DNA of 64,000 nucleotides from Rubripirellula sp. (GTDB lineage Bacteria; Planctomycetota; Planctomycetia; Pirellulales; Pirellulaceae): assembly GCA_965216875.1 (NCBI GenBank), contig OZ244207.1, positions 2,720,001 through 2,784,000 on the forward strand. The letters run 5' to 3'. Positions 19,755 through 30,692 of this stretch are shown here, one piece after another. The translations under genes were made by a program, and so were the position numbers. A model generated the notes under the pieces. The model worked only from the letters and a program-made list of their open reading frames with translations. It had not been told where the DNA came from and did no database searches. Within the stretch, counting starts at the first letter, position 1. Each line of letters opens with the position of its first letter.

Positions 19755-22094
19755 ATGATTCTCCGCTCGATCTTCAGCGCGGCCATTGCATCCGTAGTGA
19801 TTGCCATCTCCACAACAAACGCTGTTGCAGACGACAGTGGTTCTCAACATGCTCTGATCGTCGGAATCAAGAACTTTGATCCCGATCAGCTTCGCGACCT
19901 CCCTGCGGCCCAGCAAAATGCGAAGCAACTCGCCGAATTGTTGAAGCGCAGCGGATACGCCGACGCAAACGTTGACGTCCTCTCCAATGCCGAGGGGGCC
20001 ATCTCGCCGCGTCAACTTCCGACACGCAGCAACATCCTCGAACGGCTCTCCGATATCTCTGAGCTCGAGCGTGAAGACACGCTCCTGATCGCCATCGCCG
20101 GGCACGGGCTCACAGGCCCCGACGGTGAATTCCTGCTTTGCCCTTTCGATGGTGATTTGGAAGATACGGACACACTGATTTCCGTCCAAACTCTGTATGC
20201 AGCTGTCGACGAGTGTCCCGCGAAACGCAAATTGATCATCCTCGATGCAATCCAAGCGTCGCCATTCGCGTCCGGTATCGAACCAAGCGTTTCGAAACGC
20301 TATCGGCCAGCGCTACCCCAGCTGCCGCCATCACCACGAGACACCGCTGTCTTCATCGCGTGTGCTCAAGGTCAAGCGGTTGCCCCAGCTTCTCGCGCGA
20401 TCAAGAAACGTGGTGGTTTCCTGGGTGTGATTGCAAAGGCGATCCAAGGTGAAGCGGCCGGCGCCGATGGATCCGTCACGTTACCCGATGTCGAAGGGTA
20501 TGTGAGAAAGGAGTTTGAATCGGCGAGCTTTCATCCCACGCTTTCGAACAACTGCAAAGGGCTATTCACGATCGTCACTCATTCGCTTGGCGATGACGAT
20601 CTCGAGAAAATCCAGAAACTCATTCGGGGCGATCGCTATGACGAAGCCGATGCCATCGTCGCAAGACGATTGGCGACTCACCCTAACGACGCGATCGCTC
20701 TGGCCCAACGTGCGAGGCTGATTGGATACCATGCCGAGCAATTCCGTGACTACTCGCGAATCGACGAGGCGCTGCAAGCCGCTGAAATGTCGGTCTCATT
20801 GGCACCAAACGAGGCTCTGCCCTACATCGCACGATCCAACGTTTATCGGATCCAGAAGAAATACGAAAAGTCGTTGGCCGACGCGTCAAAGGCTGTCCAG
20901 CGCGATCCCAACAACGCGATGGCGCACGTGATCAAGGCGTTCGCCATGCACCACCTTCATGACCTCGAAGGGATGAAGCGGGAAGCCAAGAAGGCGATGG
21001 AAGTCGATCCCGAAAGCCCCGAGGCCCGCGGTACTTACGTTGCTTACCTTTTCGCCAAAGGAAAACTCAACGAAGGGCTTGCCGAGCTCGATCGTGCGAT
21101 CGCGATCACACCCTACATGCCTTCACTCTATTTCCTGAAAGGCTACGGGCTCGAAAAGCAAAAGAAACACCACGATGCCGTCGCTGCATACAACAAAGCG
21201 ATCGAACTCAACGACCAGATTCCCGGCTACTTTTGTCGGCGTGCGATCAGTTTGTCGAGCATCGGAAAATACGATGCCGCGATGGCGGACATCGCCGCGG
21301 CCGAAAAGGTCTACCCCGAGTATTTTGACATTGCCTCAGCGCGATCAATGGTCATCCAATCGCGCCGTGGCTACGGCCATGCCGAAGCAGTGATCGCCGA
21401 AGGACTGAAGGCAAATCCTCAATCGGCCGATCTTTGGCAGGGACGAGGCTTCAACCATTTCAATCGGCGTGAATTCACCAAAGCGCTCGAAGCCTTCAAC
21501 AAGGTGCTCGAAATCAACCCCGGTTACGCCGAAGCGCATATGGGCATTGGCATGACCCACTTTGAACGGAACCGGCTCGACGATGCGTTGGTGCACCTCA
21601 ACCGCGCGACGCGTCACAAAGAACATCTCAGCCGGGCCTACTACGAGAAGTACCGGGTTCACGTTCGTCGCCGCGACTACAACAGCGCGCTGGTCGAACT
21701 TGAAAAAGCAATCAAATATGAGCCAGGCAATGCGATGATGGAAAAGCAACGTCGCCAGCTCGTCGCACGCGGAGCGAAGTCGACTGGGGCCAAGAGTGCG
21801 ACCAAGACCGCCTCGCGGCCACCTCAAGCTCTGCCAGCCGATCAAGCGAGAAAGAAGGCGTCGGTTGACGGCAAGTATTCACAGTTACTCGCTGTGTTGA
21901 CCGTGCGTGGTGACGTTCAGCAATATGGTGAATTTCATGACTACGGTCGCTGGGACGAAACCAACTATGCCGGACGTCGAAATCTGCCTCCAGGGTATTG
22001 GGTTTACGTCTACCCGAACTGGTACATCTGGAAAACGCAGGGGCCAACGGTCAGTCGTCGGCCCGGCTCGCTTGTCAGCACGGCAGCCGAGTGA
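19755..22094 (+). CDS. Exported caspase-like protein lacking the catalytic Cys (pseudo-caspase), with TPRs and a C-terminal aromatic-rich domain
   Basis: Signal peptide ending AVA-D; AGHG retained but LDAIQ replaces xDACR (ATC at 20250-20252); about 10 TPRs. Confidence 0.88.
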   Translation: MILRSIFSAAIASVVIAISTTNAVADDSGSQHALIVGIKNFDPDQLRDLPAAQQNAKQLAELLKRSGYADANVDVLSNAEGAISPRQLPTRSNILERLSDISELEREDTLLIAIAGHGLTGPDGEFLLCPFDGDLEDTDTLISVQTLYAAVDECPAKRKLIILDAIQASPFASGIEPSVSKRYRPALPQLPPSPRDTAVFIACAQGQAVAPASRAIKKRGGFLGVIAKAIQGEAAGADGSVTLPDVEGYVRKEFESASFHPTLSNNCKGLFTIVTHSLGDDDLEKIQKLIRGDRYDEADAIVARRLATHPNDAIALAQRARLIGYHAEQFRDYSRIDEALQAAEMSVSLAPNEALPYIARSNVYRIQKKYEKSLADASKAVQRDPNNAMAHVIKAFAMHHLHDLEGMKREAKKAMEVDPESPEARGTYVAYLFAKGKLNEGLAELDRAIAITPYMPSLYFLKGYGLEKQKKHHDAVAAYNKAIELNDQIPGYFCRRAISLSSIGKYDAAMADIAAAEKVYPEYFDIASARSMVIQSRRGYGHAEAVIAEGLKANPQSADLWQGRGFNHFNRREFTKALEAFNKVLEINPGYAEAHMGIGMTHFERNRLDDALVHLNRATRHKEHLSRAYYEKYRVHVRRRDYNSALVELEKAIKYEPGNAMMEKQRRQLVARGAKSTGAKSATKTASRPPQALPADQARKKASVDGKYSQLLAVLTVRGDVQQYGEFHDYGRWDETNYAGRRNLPPGYWVYVYPNWYIWKTQGPTVSRRPGSLVSTAAE

Positions 22095-22261
22095 TTGACA
22101 TAACCAGCACAAGTGGTGCCAACAACTCGTCGTGCGATCGCTCACACCCAAAACTGGTGGGATCGACCTGAGTCGATCAGCACTGCGAGCAACCCTTCAG
22201 ACGGCAGCTTCCTTTCACCGAGCCCCGATCACCCAGCCCCCAATCCGCAGAAGCAATCATC

Positions 22262-23135
<874 letters not shown>

Positions 23136-23149
<14 letters not shown>

Positions 23150-26100
23150 ACCCGATGCAACGATGGCGGGTTTCGTCCCGCAAAGCACGAATCCAAATGA
23201 GGCGACTCAAGCCGGCTTTGTCTCGGGAACGCCTCACGCAGATGAATCCGGGCCGGCTCAAGCGGATCGTTCTGGGTCAGACCTTGAAACCGGCGTCGAC
23301 ACCGAAACGCCAACACAGCGGACACCCCCTGAGGCTCACGCTTCTGAAAACGATCCCGCCATCGGTACGCGGATCGGCGACTTTCTCATCACCTCGGTGA
23401 TCGCCAGTGGCGGAATGGGCACGGTCTACAAAGCCGACCAACAGGAGCCCGTTCGGCGCACCGTCGCGCTGAAAATGATCCGCAGCGGCATGGCCGACGA
23501 AGCGACGACAAAACGTTTCTTTGTCGAACGTCAAACACTCGCTCTGATGGATCATCCCGACATCGCTCGCGTCTACGATGCCGGAACGACCGCATGTGGC
23601 AATCCTTATTTCGCAATGGAGTATTGCGAAGGAAAACCGATCGACGAATATTGCTGCGATCGCAAGCTCGACGTCCCTATGCGTATCGAGCTTGTCGTCC
23701 GAATCGCGCGAGCTCTGCAACGGGCTCACGCCGCCGGTATCGTGCATCGCGACCTTAAACCGGGCAACATTCTCGTTTCTGATTGCGAGGGCCGACCAAA
23801 TCTGAAAGTGATTGATTTCGGGATCGCCAAATTCACCGACACCGATCAATATGATGAACTGTTCGCTTGTGGCGACAACCACGAGACACGAGTGGGCGAA
23901 CTGGTTGGCACGCCTGCCTACATGAGCCCCGAACAAGCCGCGGGCGCATCCATCGACGCTCGGACCGATGTCTTCGCCATCGGCGCCATCCTCTACAAAC
24001 TACTCACTGGCACGACGCCACTTCCGCCCCCGCCGAAGGGATGCGAAAGCCTGGCTGATGTCATCCAGCACATTCAATCGTTCGTGCCGGTGTCGCCAAG
24101 TCGACGTCTCGCAGCACAGGCTGTCGAGGCAGAGCAGCATGCAACAGGCGCTAATTGCGATCGCGTTTCGCAATTGCGTGCGTCCATCAAAGGCGACCTC
24201 GACTGGGTCACCCTCCGCGCAATCGACCCCGACAAGCTTCGGCGGTACGCAACCGCGGACGACTTTGCCGATGATCTTGAACGGTTTCTCAATCACCAGC
24301 CGGTCGTCGCCGCAGCACCAAGTCACCTCTATCGGTTCAAGAAGTTTTACCAGCGCCGACGTCCAACCGTCCTGGCAACCGCGATCGTTAGCGCCACCCT
24401 CCTTTTATCGCTGGCCTACGGAGGATTCAGCTGGTGGAAAACAAGGTCTGAATTGCTTGCCGATTTCGCGCAGACGACAAACGAGGTCACAACCCTGCTT
24501 TGCCAAGCCGACTCCGCACGCGTTCGCGCCGGCAAAGGCGGCCCCCATTCCGCACAAGCCTTCACCGAGGCACAGACTTCGCTTGCCAAAGCCGAATCAC
24601 GCTTAGCCAGCCTGGACGCGCTCGCACTGTCCGACGCACTGCAGAGCGAACTCAATTCGTTCCATGCCCAATTGAAAAACGCTGATCAAACCATCACCGC
24701 CGATCAGTCGGCGATGGACTTGGTCAAACGGCTAAACGATGCTCGCGAACGGGCGACACAGGTCGACCCTGCTCATGGCAGTGATGCGTTTGGCAAAACG
24801 GCTGGCTTACAAATGTTGGTGGATGCATTTGCTTCATTCGGCATTTGCCCTGACCAAGCCAGCCCTGAACAAGCAGCGCGAATCATCTTGGCCTGCCCAC
24901 CAGCCGTTCAACCGAAACTGATCGAATCGCTCGACTTTTTGGTAAACGAAGATCCGATTGGCGCAGGGATCTACATCCATCAGCAAGGCGGGCGTGTCAC
25001 GGTGGCTGAGATCACCAATGGGTCGGCGACAGATGGCGTCGACTTGCGCGCCGGTGATCGTATCATGGCCATCAACGGAGTCGATTTGCTCGATTCTTTC
25101 ACGACGAATCATTTGCGTGCAGAGACTTACCGCCTACTGTCGGCCGCGCCGGGCACCACCGTTACATTGTCGATTGTCCGAGACTTGGGACAACCGATTC
25201 AACGCGAATTAGTCTGCGGCGGCCAACGAGCCCACTGGGCGGCGAAGGTGCTCGAGCGCGTTGACCGTGATCCCTGGCGCAACCAGCTTCGACGAGCAAC
25301 GCTGACCGCTGACCTGGCATCACTCAGGAAATTGTCAGAATCGAAGGAGGTTGAAACGCAATCACCCTTCTCCTTGATACAACTGGCCGGCACGCTCTTT
25401 CTCTTGGAACGCAGCAACGCGTCGATTCGGTTTCTGAAGATCGCCCAGCAAAGACACCCGGCGAACTTTTGGGCCAACCATTACCTCGGCACAGCGTTAG
25501 CCGTCGCGCATGATCCACCCAAGCCGCGCGAAGCACTTCCCTACTTCACAGCGGCTGTTTCGTTGCGGCCCAAGAGCGTTGGAGCTCGGATGAATTTAGT
25601 CGAAGGCCTCGTGCGCGTCGGCGAAAAGGAAACGGCGCGGTTGCACGCGAGCGTCGCAGCCAAGCTGGCACCCGACTATGCACCACTTCAACAGATCGTC
25701 GCATCCCTTTCGAATTCGGCTGAGGGTGCGGACGCGGTCTCCGCCTCTGAACCTGCTGTTGCCTCTTTGCCAAGACGGTCAACGCCGACGGAAGCACTCG
25801 AATCCGATGACATCGAATCGCTCGAAGGCGTCGCGCGCGAGCTTGCCATTGTCGGTTTACGGGACGAGGCGTTTAAGCTCATCAAACAGGCTGCCGAACA
25901 ATTCCCAGGCGATCCCCGAATCCGACGGATGAAGGGAGCCGTGCTGATCGATCTACGCGATTATGTTGCGGCGCGGGTCGCTCTGTCCGATGCTGCGCGG
26001 CGAATGCCAAACGATGCTGCAACGCGTTTCTATCACGGTGTTGCACTGCAGTATTCCGGCGATAGCGATGCAGCCATCCACGAATACGAAGCGGCGTTAC

Positions 26101-26168
26101 AGATTCGCCCCGACTACAATGCGGCGCGCCGCTACTTGGAATCGCTCAAGCCGAAGCGTCAGGATTAG
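23136..26168 (+). CDS. Transmembrane Ser/Thr protein kinase with PDZ and TPR regions after the TM helix (start GTG 23136 or ATG 23163)
   Basis: [34 protein letters not shown] segment VLATAIV...GGFSWW; PDZ-like GAGIYI...[13 protein letters not shown]-terminal TPRs. Confidence 0.92.
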
Positions 26169-26185
26169 GTCGAACCATCAAAACG

Positions 26186-26226
26186 AAAAAAGGCCGGGCG
26201 TGCTTCGACTCGTCGCACGTCCGGCC
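26186..26226 (-). terminator. Rho-independent terminator oriented for a minus-strand transcript
   Basis: On the minus strand GGCCGGACGUGC...GCACGCCCGGCC followed by U6. Confidence 0.8.
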
Positions 26227-26519
26227 TCAAAGTCAATCCTGACTTTTCAGTTAGCTGGCTTGTTCATCGTGGTTGAATCCATCCAACCGTCCGAGTCATC
26301 CTGACCTCGGGATTCTGGCAAAGGTTTCTTTTCCGCCGTGAGGCATCTTGCCTGTGGGTGCGCCAATCCGTGCGCCGGCGGTGTTTGAAACCCATCACCA
26401 AATTCGACGATGGTTCAGCCGGCTAATCCCACATCCCTGTGAACTGATCATTCACTCCCCTTGTGAACGGGCTGCCGTAACGCATGTGACTTACAAAATT
26501 GCGTGACGGCCAAATGACA
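26186..26519 (-). ncRNA. Candidate CsrB/RsmZ-like CsrA-sequestering sRNA
   Basis: Non-coding interval with 11 GGA trinucleotides on the minus strand and six hairpins with GGA-containing loops (AGGAU, AUGGAU, AGGGAU, ACGGA...); promoter upstream and terminator downstream. Confidence 0.65.
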
Positions 26520-26525
26520 CTCTTC

Positions 26526-26554
26526 AACCTATCCAATCGAGCGTCGTAAGACAA
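26526..26554 (-). promoter_or_regulatory. Putative sigma70 promoter of the candidate sRNA
   Basis: Minus strand TTGTCT (26554-26549), 17 nt, TAGGTT (26531-26526). Confidence 0.5.
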
Positions 26555-26741
26555 CGCAGAATCCTGCGAGCGAAGCCGCCGAGGGTAACGGTTAGTTTTT
26601 GCAGACATGTCTTTTTGAATCTGATTGAGCTCGATCTGCCAACGTCAACGACCAACCGACAAGACAGAGCAACAGCAACGATCTGAAAAAACGTTTCCGA
26701 ACCCCCGACGTTTCGCAAGCGGAGGAAACTCGCGTCGTATG

Positions 26742-27491
26742 TTAGGCAACCAAGCGATACTCTTGGTCGACTCGCTGTGTCACACCTTCGACGAACTCTT
26801 CGAAGATGCGAATGTCGAGCGCCGAAGCGGCACCACATTCAGGATGGAATTGAGTGCCCAATGCGAACCAATCCATCATTTCACTCTCGATCGCTTCGAT
26901 CACACCATCGGGGCATCGCGCGGTGACGCGGAAGCCTGGTGCAACTTCATCGATCGCCATGTGGTGACGACTGCTGACCCGAATCTCGCCATCACCGTAA
27001 ACACGTCCAACAAGCGAATCGCTTTCGACTTCGAGCGTGTGACGATGGTTGGGGTCTTGAGGATCGTGGTGAGGCACAGCCGATGGCATGTCCTCTTTAA
27101 GATGTAGGAACAGGTTTCCGCCCTGCTGGACGTTCAAGAGCTGCATTCCGGTTCCGATACCGAGCAGTGGCATGCGTCGCTCAGCAATTTCTGAGATCAA
27201 CATGCGGTCGCTCGCTTCGCGAACAGGATCAAGTGGTCGCACGCTGGGGTGCAACATAAAACCGTCGTTTCGCGGATCAAGGTCCGCCCCTCCGATCATG
27301 ATGAATCCATGCAGTTGGTCGAGCGTGGCTCGAATCGAGTCAGCGTCTTCCAACGGCGGAATCACCACTGGGATGCCTCCAGCTGCGATCACAGACTGAA
27401 AATAACCGGCGGCGATGTAGCTGTATGCGGGTGTATTGCGAGCAGCTGCACGGTAGTCGGCGTTCATCCCGATCAGTGGTTTACACGTCAT
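26742..27491 (-). CDS. PuuD-like class I glutamine amidotransferase (peptidase C26) lacking the nucleophile Cys
   Basis: KPLIG, AGGIPV, GGADLDP, QFHPE; LGIGTGMQ instead of LGICRGMQ. Confidence 0.85.
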   Translation of the reverse strand: MTCKPLIGMNADYRAAARNTPAYSYIAAGYFQSVIAAGGIPVVIPPLEDADSIRATLDQLHGFIMIGGADLDPRNDGFMLHPSVRPLDPVREASDRMLISEIAERRMPLLGIGTGMQLLNVQQGGNLFLHLKEDMPSAVPHHDPQDPNHRHTLEVESDSLVGRVYGDGEIRVSSRHHMAIDEVAPGFRVTARCPDGVIEAIESEMMDWFALGTQFHPECGAASALDIRIFEEFVEGVTQRVDQEYRLVA

Positions 27492-28135
27492 CCGAAAGTT
27501 CCTCTTCGGTTTCGCGAATAAAAATGTGACGCAGAGTCTTGCCGCGTCGCCCAACTGGTTGACGTCAATCAGCAACCAATCGTTTCTACGGAACCGAGTC
27601 GCTCAGCAGCACAGCCTTGGCCGTTTGCATCCGACTCGAAACAGACAAGTGAAAAGGAAGGTTTGATAAGGAGGGCCACTTTGGCGATGAGCCGGATTGT
27701 TTGCCGGTTGAGTACTTCGGCGTTCCGTTCTCGTTGTTCCAAAGTGTTTATCGACACTCTTCGCAACCTTGCAATCCCTTGCGTTGTTTTCGTCCTCGAA
27801 GCGGTCGTCTTGATGATTGGGGGTCGAAGTTGGGTTGGAAGGCACAACGGTATGCCCTCCGCGTTCGAGAGAAAATTAGCGGGAAAACTCCCAAAGACCA
27901 AAGAGCTTCCACATATTGGGGCACCTCGAGGTCGCTAGCACTACCGGGAGTGCTAGCATTCTGCGAGAATGCTAGCAACTCGCGGCCAGCCGCAGGTTTT
28001 GCGGTCATTTCTGGGGACACGCGAAGGGACAGGCCGGTCTAACGAGAGGCTCTTTGCCAGATCGGTTTGTCACAGCCTAAAATGCGCTTTTCCCAGCGTT
28101 CTTGCCCCACTCTCCCTTTGCCCAACGACACCAGC

Positions 28136-29230
28136 GTGCACTTCGACAACGTTTGCCTTGAAGGTATCGGCGCCACCCTGCCAGAAGAAGTTTGGTCGAG
28201 CGACCAAATTGAACAGCGACTCGAACCGCTGTACGAGCGTTTGAAATTGCCTCAGGGTCGCTTGGAATTGATGAGCGGCATCACGGAGCGACGCGTCTGG
28301 GATGAAGGGACGGTGCCAAGCGGCCCCAGTATCGAAAGCGGGCGCCGCGCGATCGAAGCGGCTGACATCGATCCGTCCGAGATCGGCTGCCTGATCCACG
28401 CGAGTGTTTGTCGCGACTTCCTTGAACCGGCCACGGCCTCTCGAGTCCACCATGGCCTCGGGCTTCCTCGCGACTGCTGGGTCTACGACGTTTCCAACGC
28501 CTGCTTGGGGCTCATCAACGGAGCCGTCCAAATTGGTTCGCTGATCGAAGCGGGTGTGATCCGTGCGGGAATCGTGGTTGGCACAGAAAACAGCCGCCCG
28601 CTGCTTCAGCAGACCATCGAGACGCTCAACGCTGACACAACGCTCACGCGTAAGAGCGTCAAACCAGCTTTCGCCTCACTGACCATCGGGTCGGGAAGCT
28701 GCGCGTTGCTGCTGGTTCACCGCAGCCTTTCGAAGCAGGGCAGCCAAATCGACTGTGCCATCGCCGAAGCAAGGACTGAATTCCACAATCTCTGCCGAAG
28801 CGATGATGACGCTGGCGCGGGAATGCAGCCACTGATGGACACCGATTCCGAAAAACTGATGGCCGAGGGAATTGAGACTGGCGCGTCGGCCCTCGAAAAA
28901 CTGCTCAGCGAAACGGGCTGGAACCGCGACGACATTGTCCATTCAATCTGCCACCAAGTGGGATCCCGCCATCGCGTTTCGATGCTGGAGCGACTTGGAC
29001 TCCCCATCGAACGGGACTTCGCAACCTTCCCGCATCTCGGAAACACCGGCTCGGTGGCCTTGCCGCTCACTCTCGCCACTGCAGCCGCCCAGGGCACGCT
29101 TTCGCCTGGTGAAAAGGTCGCCCTGCTGGGCATCGGCTCGGGCATCAACAGCGTGATGATGGGCACCACCTGGGGAGAGACCCAAGTGGTCGGAAATTTG
29201 GTAAATCAGCGAGAAGCGGCAACCGCGTGA
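28136..29230 (+). CDS. oleA: 3-oxoacyl-ACP synthase III family, OleA-like condensing thiolase
   Basis: RDFLEPATA, SNACLG, CHQVG, GNTGS, LGIGSG; GTG start at 28136. Confidence 0.78.
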   Translation: MHFDNVCLEGIGATLPEEVWSSDQIEQRLEPLYERLKLPQGRLELMSGITERRVWDEGTVPSGPSIESGRRAIEAADIDPSEIGCLIHASVCRDFLEPATASRVHHGLGLPRDCWVYDVSNACLGLINGAVQIGSLIEAGVIRAGIVVGTENSRPLLQQTIETLNADTTLTRKSVKPAFASLTIGSGSCALLLVHRSLSKQGSQIDCAIAEARTEFHNLCRSDDDAGAGMQPLMDTDSEKLMAEGIETGASALEKLLSETGWNRDDIVHSICHQVGSRHRVSMLERLGLPIERDFATFPHLGNTGSVALPLTLATAAAQGTLSPGEKVALLGIGSGINSVMMGTTWGETQVVGNLVNQREAATA

Positions 29231-29236
29231 ATCGCT

Positions 29237-29416
29237 TGAGCCGTGATCGCGTAGGCGGCCGGGCATCGATCACAGCTGCACTCGTCCAAAACACGGGCAA
29301 GTAAGGGCCCGAGGCCTCACGGCCAGCGGCTCACGGTGATTGAGCCGTGATCGCGTAAGCGGCCGGGCATTGATCACTACTGGCCTGAGACAAGGAGAAG
29401 GGGCCGGCGGCTCATG
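29237..29416. repeat. REP-like cluster, family B (GTGAGCCG-type), alternating orientations
   Basis: TGAGCCGTGATCGCGTA(G/A)GCGGCCGGGC at 29237 and 29341; inverted variant GGCCCGAGGCCTCACGGCCAGCGGCTCAC at about 29306. Confidence 0.85.
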
Positions 29417-29424
29417 GGCACGGA

Positions 29425-29658
29425 CTAGACGGTCGCCGATGGCTTGTCAGTCGCCTGTAGCAATTGGTCGGCGCGTGCCAGTAGATCATCCGATGAATCC
29501 ATCTCGGCGATCTCCTCTTTCCCACCGCCTTGAAAACCAGGCTCAGCAATAAACTCCGCTTTGCAATGCTGGCAGCCAACCGTACGCCCCAACAACGCAG
29601 CTCGAATCTCGATACGACGACCACAGGTCGGGCAAGACTGAGTGAAGCGGACGATCAT
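29425..29658 (-). CDS. Small zinc-ribbon protein
   Basis: CPTC...CQHC; GGAG RBS upstream. Confidence 0.7.
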   Translation of the reverse strand: MIVRFTQSCPTCGRRIEIRAALLGRTVGCQHCKAEFIAEPGFQGGGKEEIAEMDSSDDLLARADQLLQATDKPSATV

Positions 29659-30176
29659 ACCAGGCTCCGTTTGGTAGACGATGAGAAGGATCCTTCAAGA
29701 AGGGAAGATGTTATCCCTTGTGGGCGAATAAGGCAAGCTGCTGCGCCGCAACTGACGTCTCGATAAAGGACGCATTTACCCGCAATTTGGTTCGGGTAAC
29801 CCTGGTTTTGCGAGAAAAACTGACGACACCACACCCAGAAGAGGTACGCTAAAATTCCCCTGAAAATTCCCGGAATGTGATTTCGCGCACCACAAAACGG
29901 CACATTCGGGCACCCGAACCGGCAATCGGCCAATTTCGCCAACGACCGGTGCCGGGTGCCGCGCTTGCATGCACCACACTCAGATCGATCGGTGCATGCG
30001 AGGAGCAACCTCCCGATTGCCTCCGATACCGAATGCGACGCAAAAACGCCCCGGCTGGGGGAGCATGCGTGACAGATCGACATCAAAAGTGCTTAAATAC
30101 GCACGATACGACAAACACAGGGGGTCTCCACTCAAACGGACTTTCTGAACACCCTCGAACCAATTGATGATTTGAA

Positions 30177-30674
30177 ATGACCAAGCGCGTCCTGTTCGTC
30201 TGCATGGGCAATATCTGTCGCTCACCGGCGGGCGAAGCTGTGATGGCCCGGTTTGCCGAGGAGTTCCGCGTCGATGTTGATGTCGACTCGGCGGGCACCC
30301 ATGGCTACCACGTTGGCGAACCGGCTGACAAACGGATGCAAGCAGCGGCCGAATTACGCGGCTACGAATTGACCAGTCGCGGTCGTCAGGTGACGGTTGA
30401 GGATCTCGACCCAGACCGATTCGATTTGGTCCTCGCAATGGACACCGAGAACTACGATGCGCTTCAAGCGCTCGCAGGGGGTCCCAACACGCACATTCGC
30501 ATGTTCAGCGACTACCTTGACGACAACTGGCCCATCGATGTGCCAGATCCCTACTACGGTGAAGAAGACGGCTTTGACCAAGTCCTCGACATGCTCGAAG
30601 AAGGTTGCCCCATCATTCTGCAAACGCTGATGGGCGAAGACATCTTCGAAGGCGAGTTCGAAGAAGAACCTTAG
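30177..30674 (+). CDS. Low-molecular-weight protein-tyrosine phosphatase
   Basis: VCMGNICRSP P-loop, DSAGT, DPYYG. Confidence 0.96.
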   Translation: MTKRVLFVCMGNICRSPAGEAVMARFAEEFRVDVDVDSAGTHGYHVGEPADKRMQAAAELRGYELTSRGRQVTVEDLDPDRFDLVLAMDTENYDALQALAGGPNTHIRMFSDYLDDNWPIDVPDPYYGEEDGFDQVLDMLEEGCPIILQTLMGEDIFEGEFEEEP

Positions 30675-30692
30675 GCCGAACGAGATTTTGCG

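Noticed and set aside
26423..26838. Short ORFs (61 aa and 104 aa) in and near the sRNA candidate interval
   Set aside because: No clear RBS or protein-like composition; the hairpin pattern explains the sequence better
27935..27956. CIRCE (HrcA) operator
   Set aside because: Half-sites are similar but the spacer is 4-5 nt rather than 9, and no chaperone gene is adjacent
29660..30176. Second ncRNA in this ~500-nt intergenic gap
   Set aside because: Only isolated hairpins, with no repeated loop motif or terminator; consistent with divergent promoters
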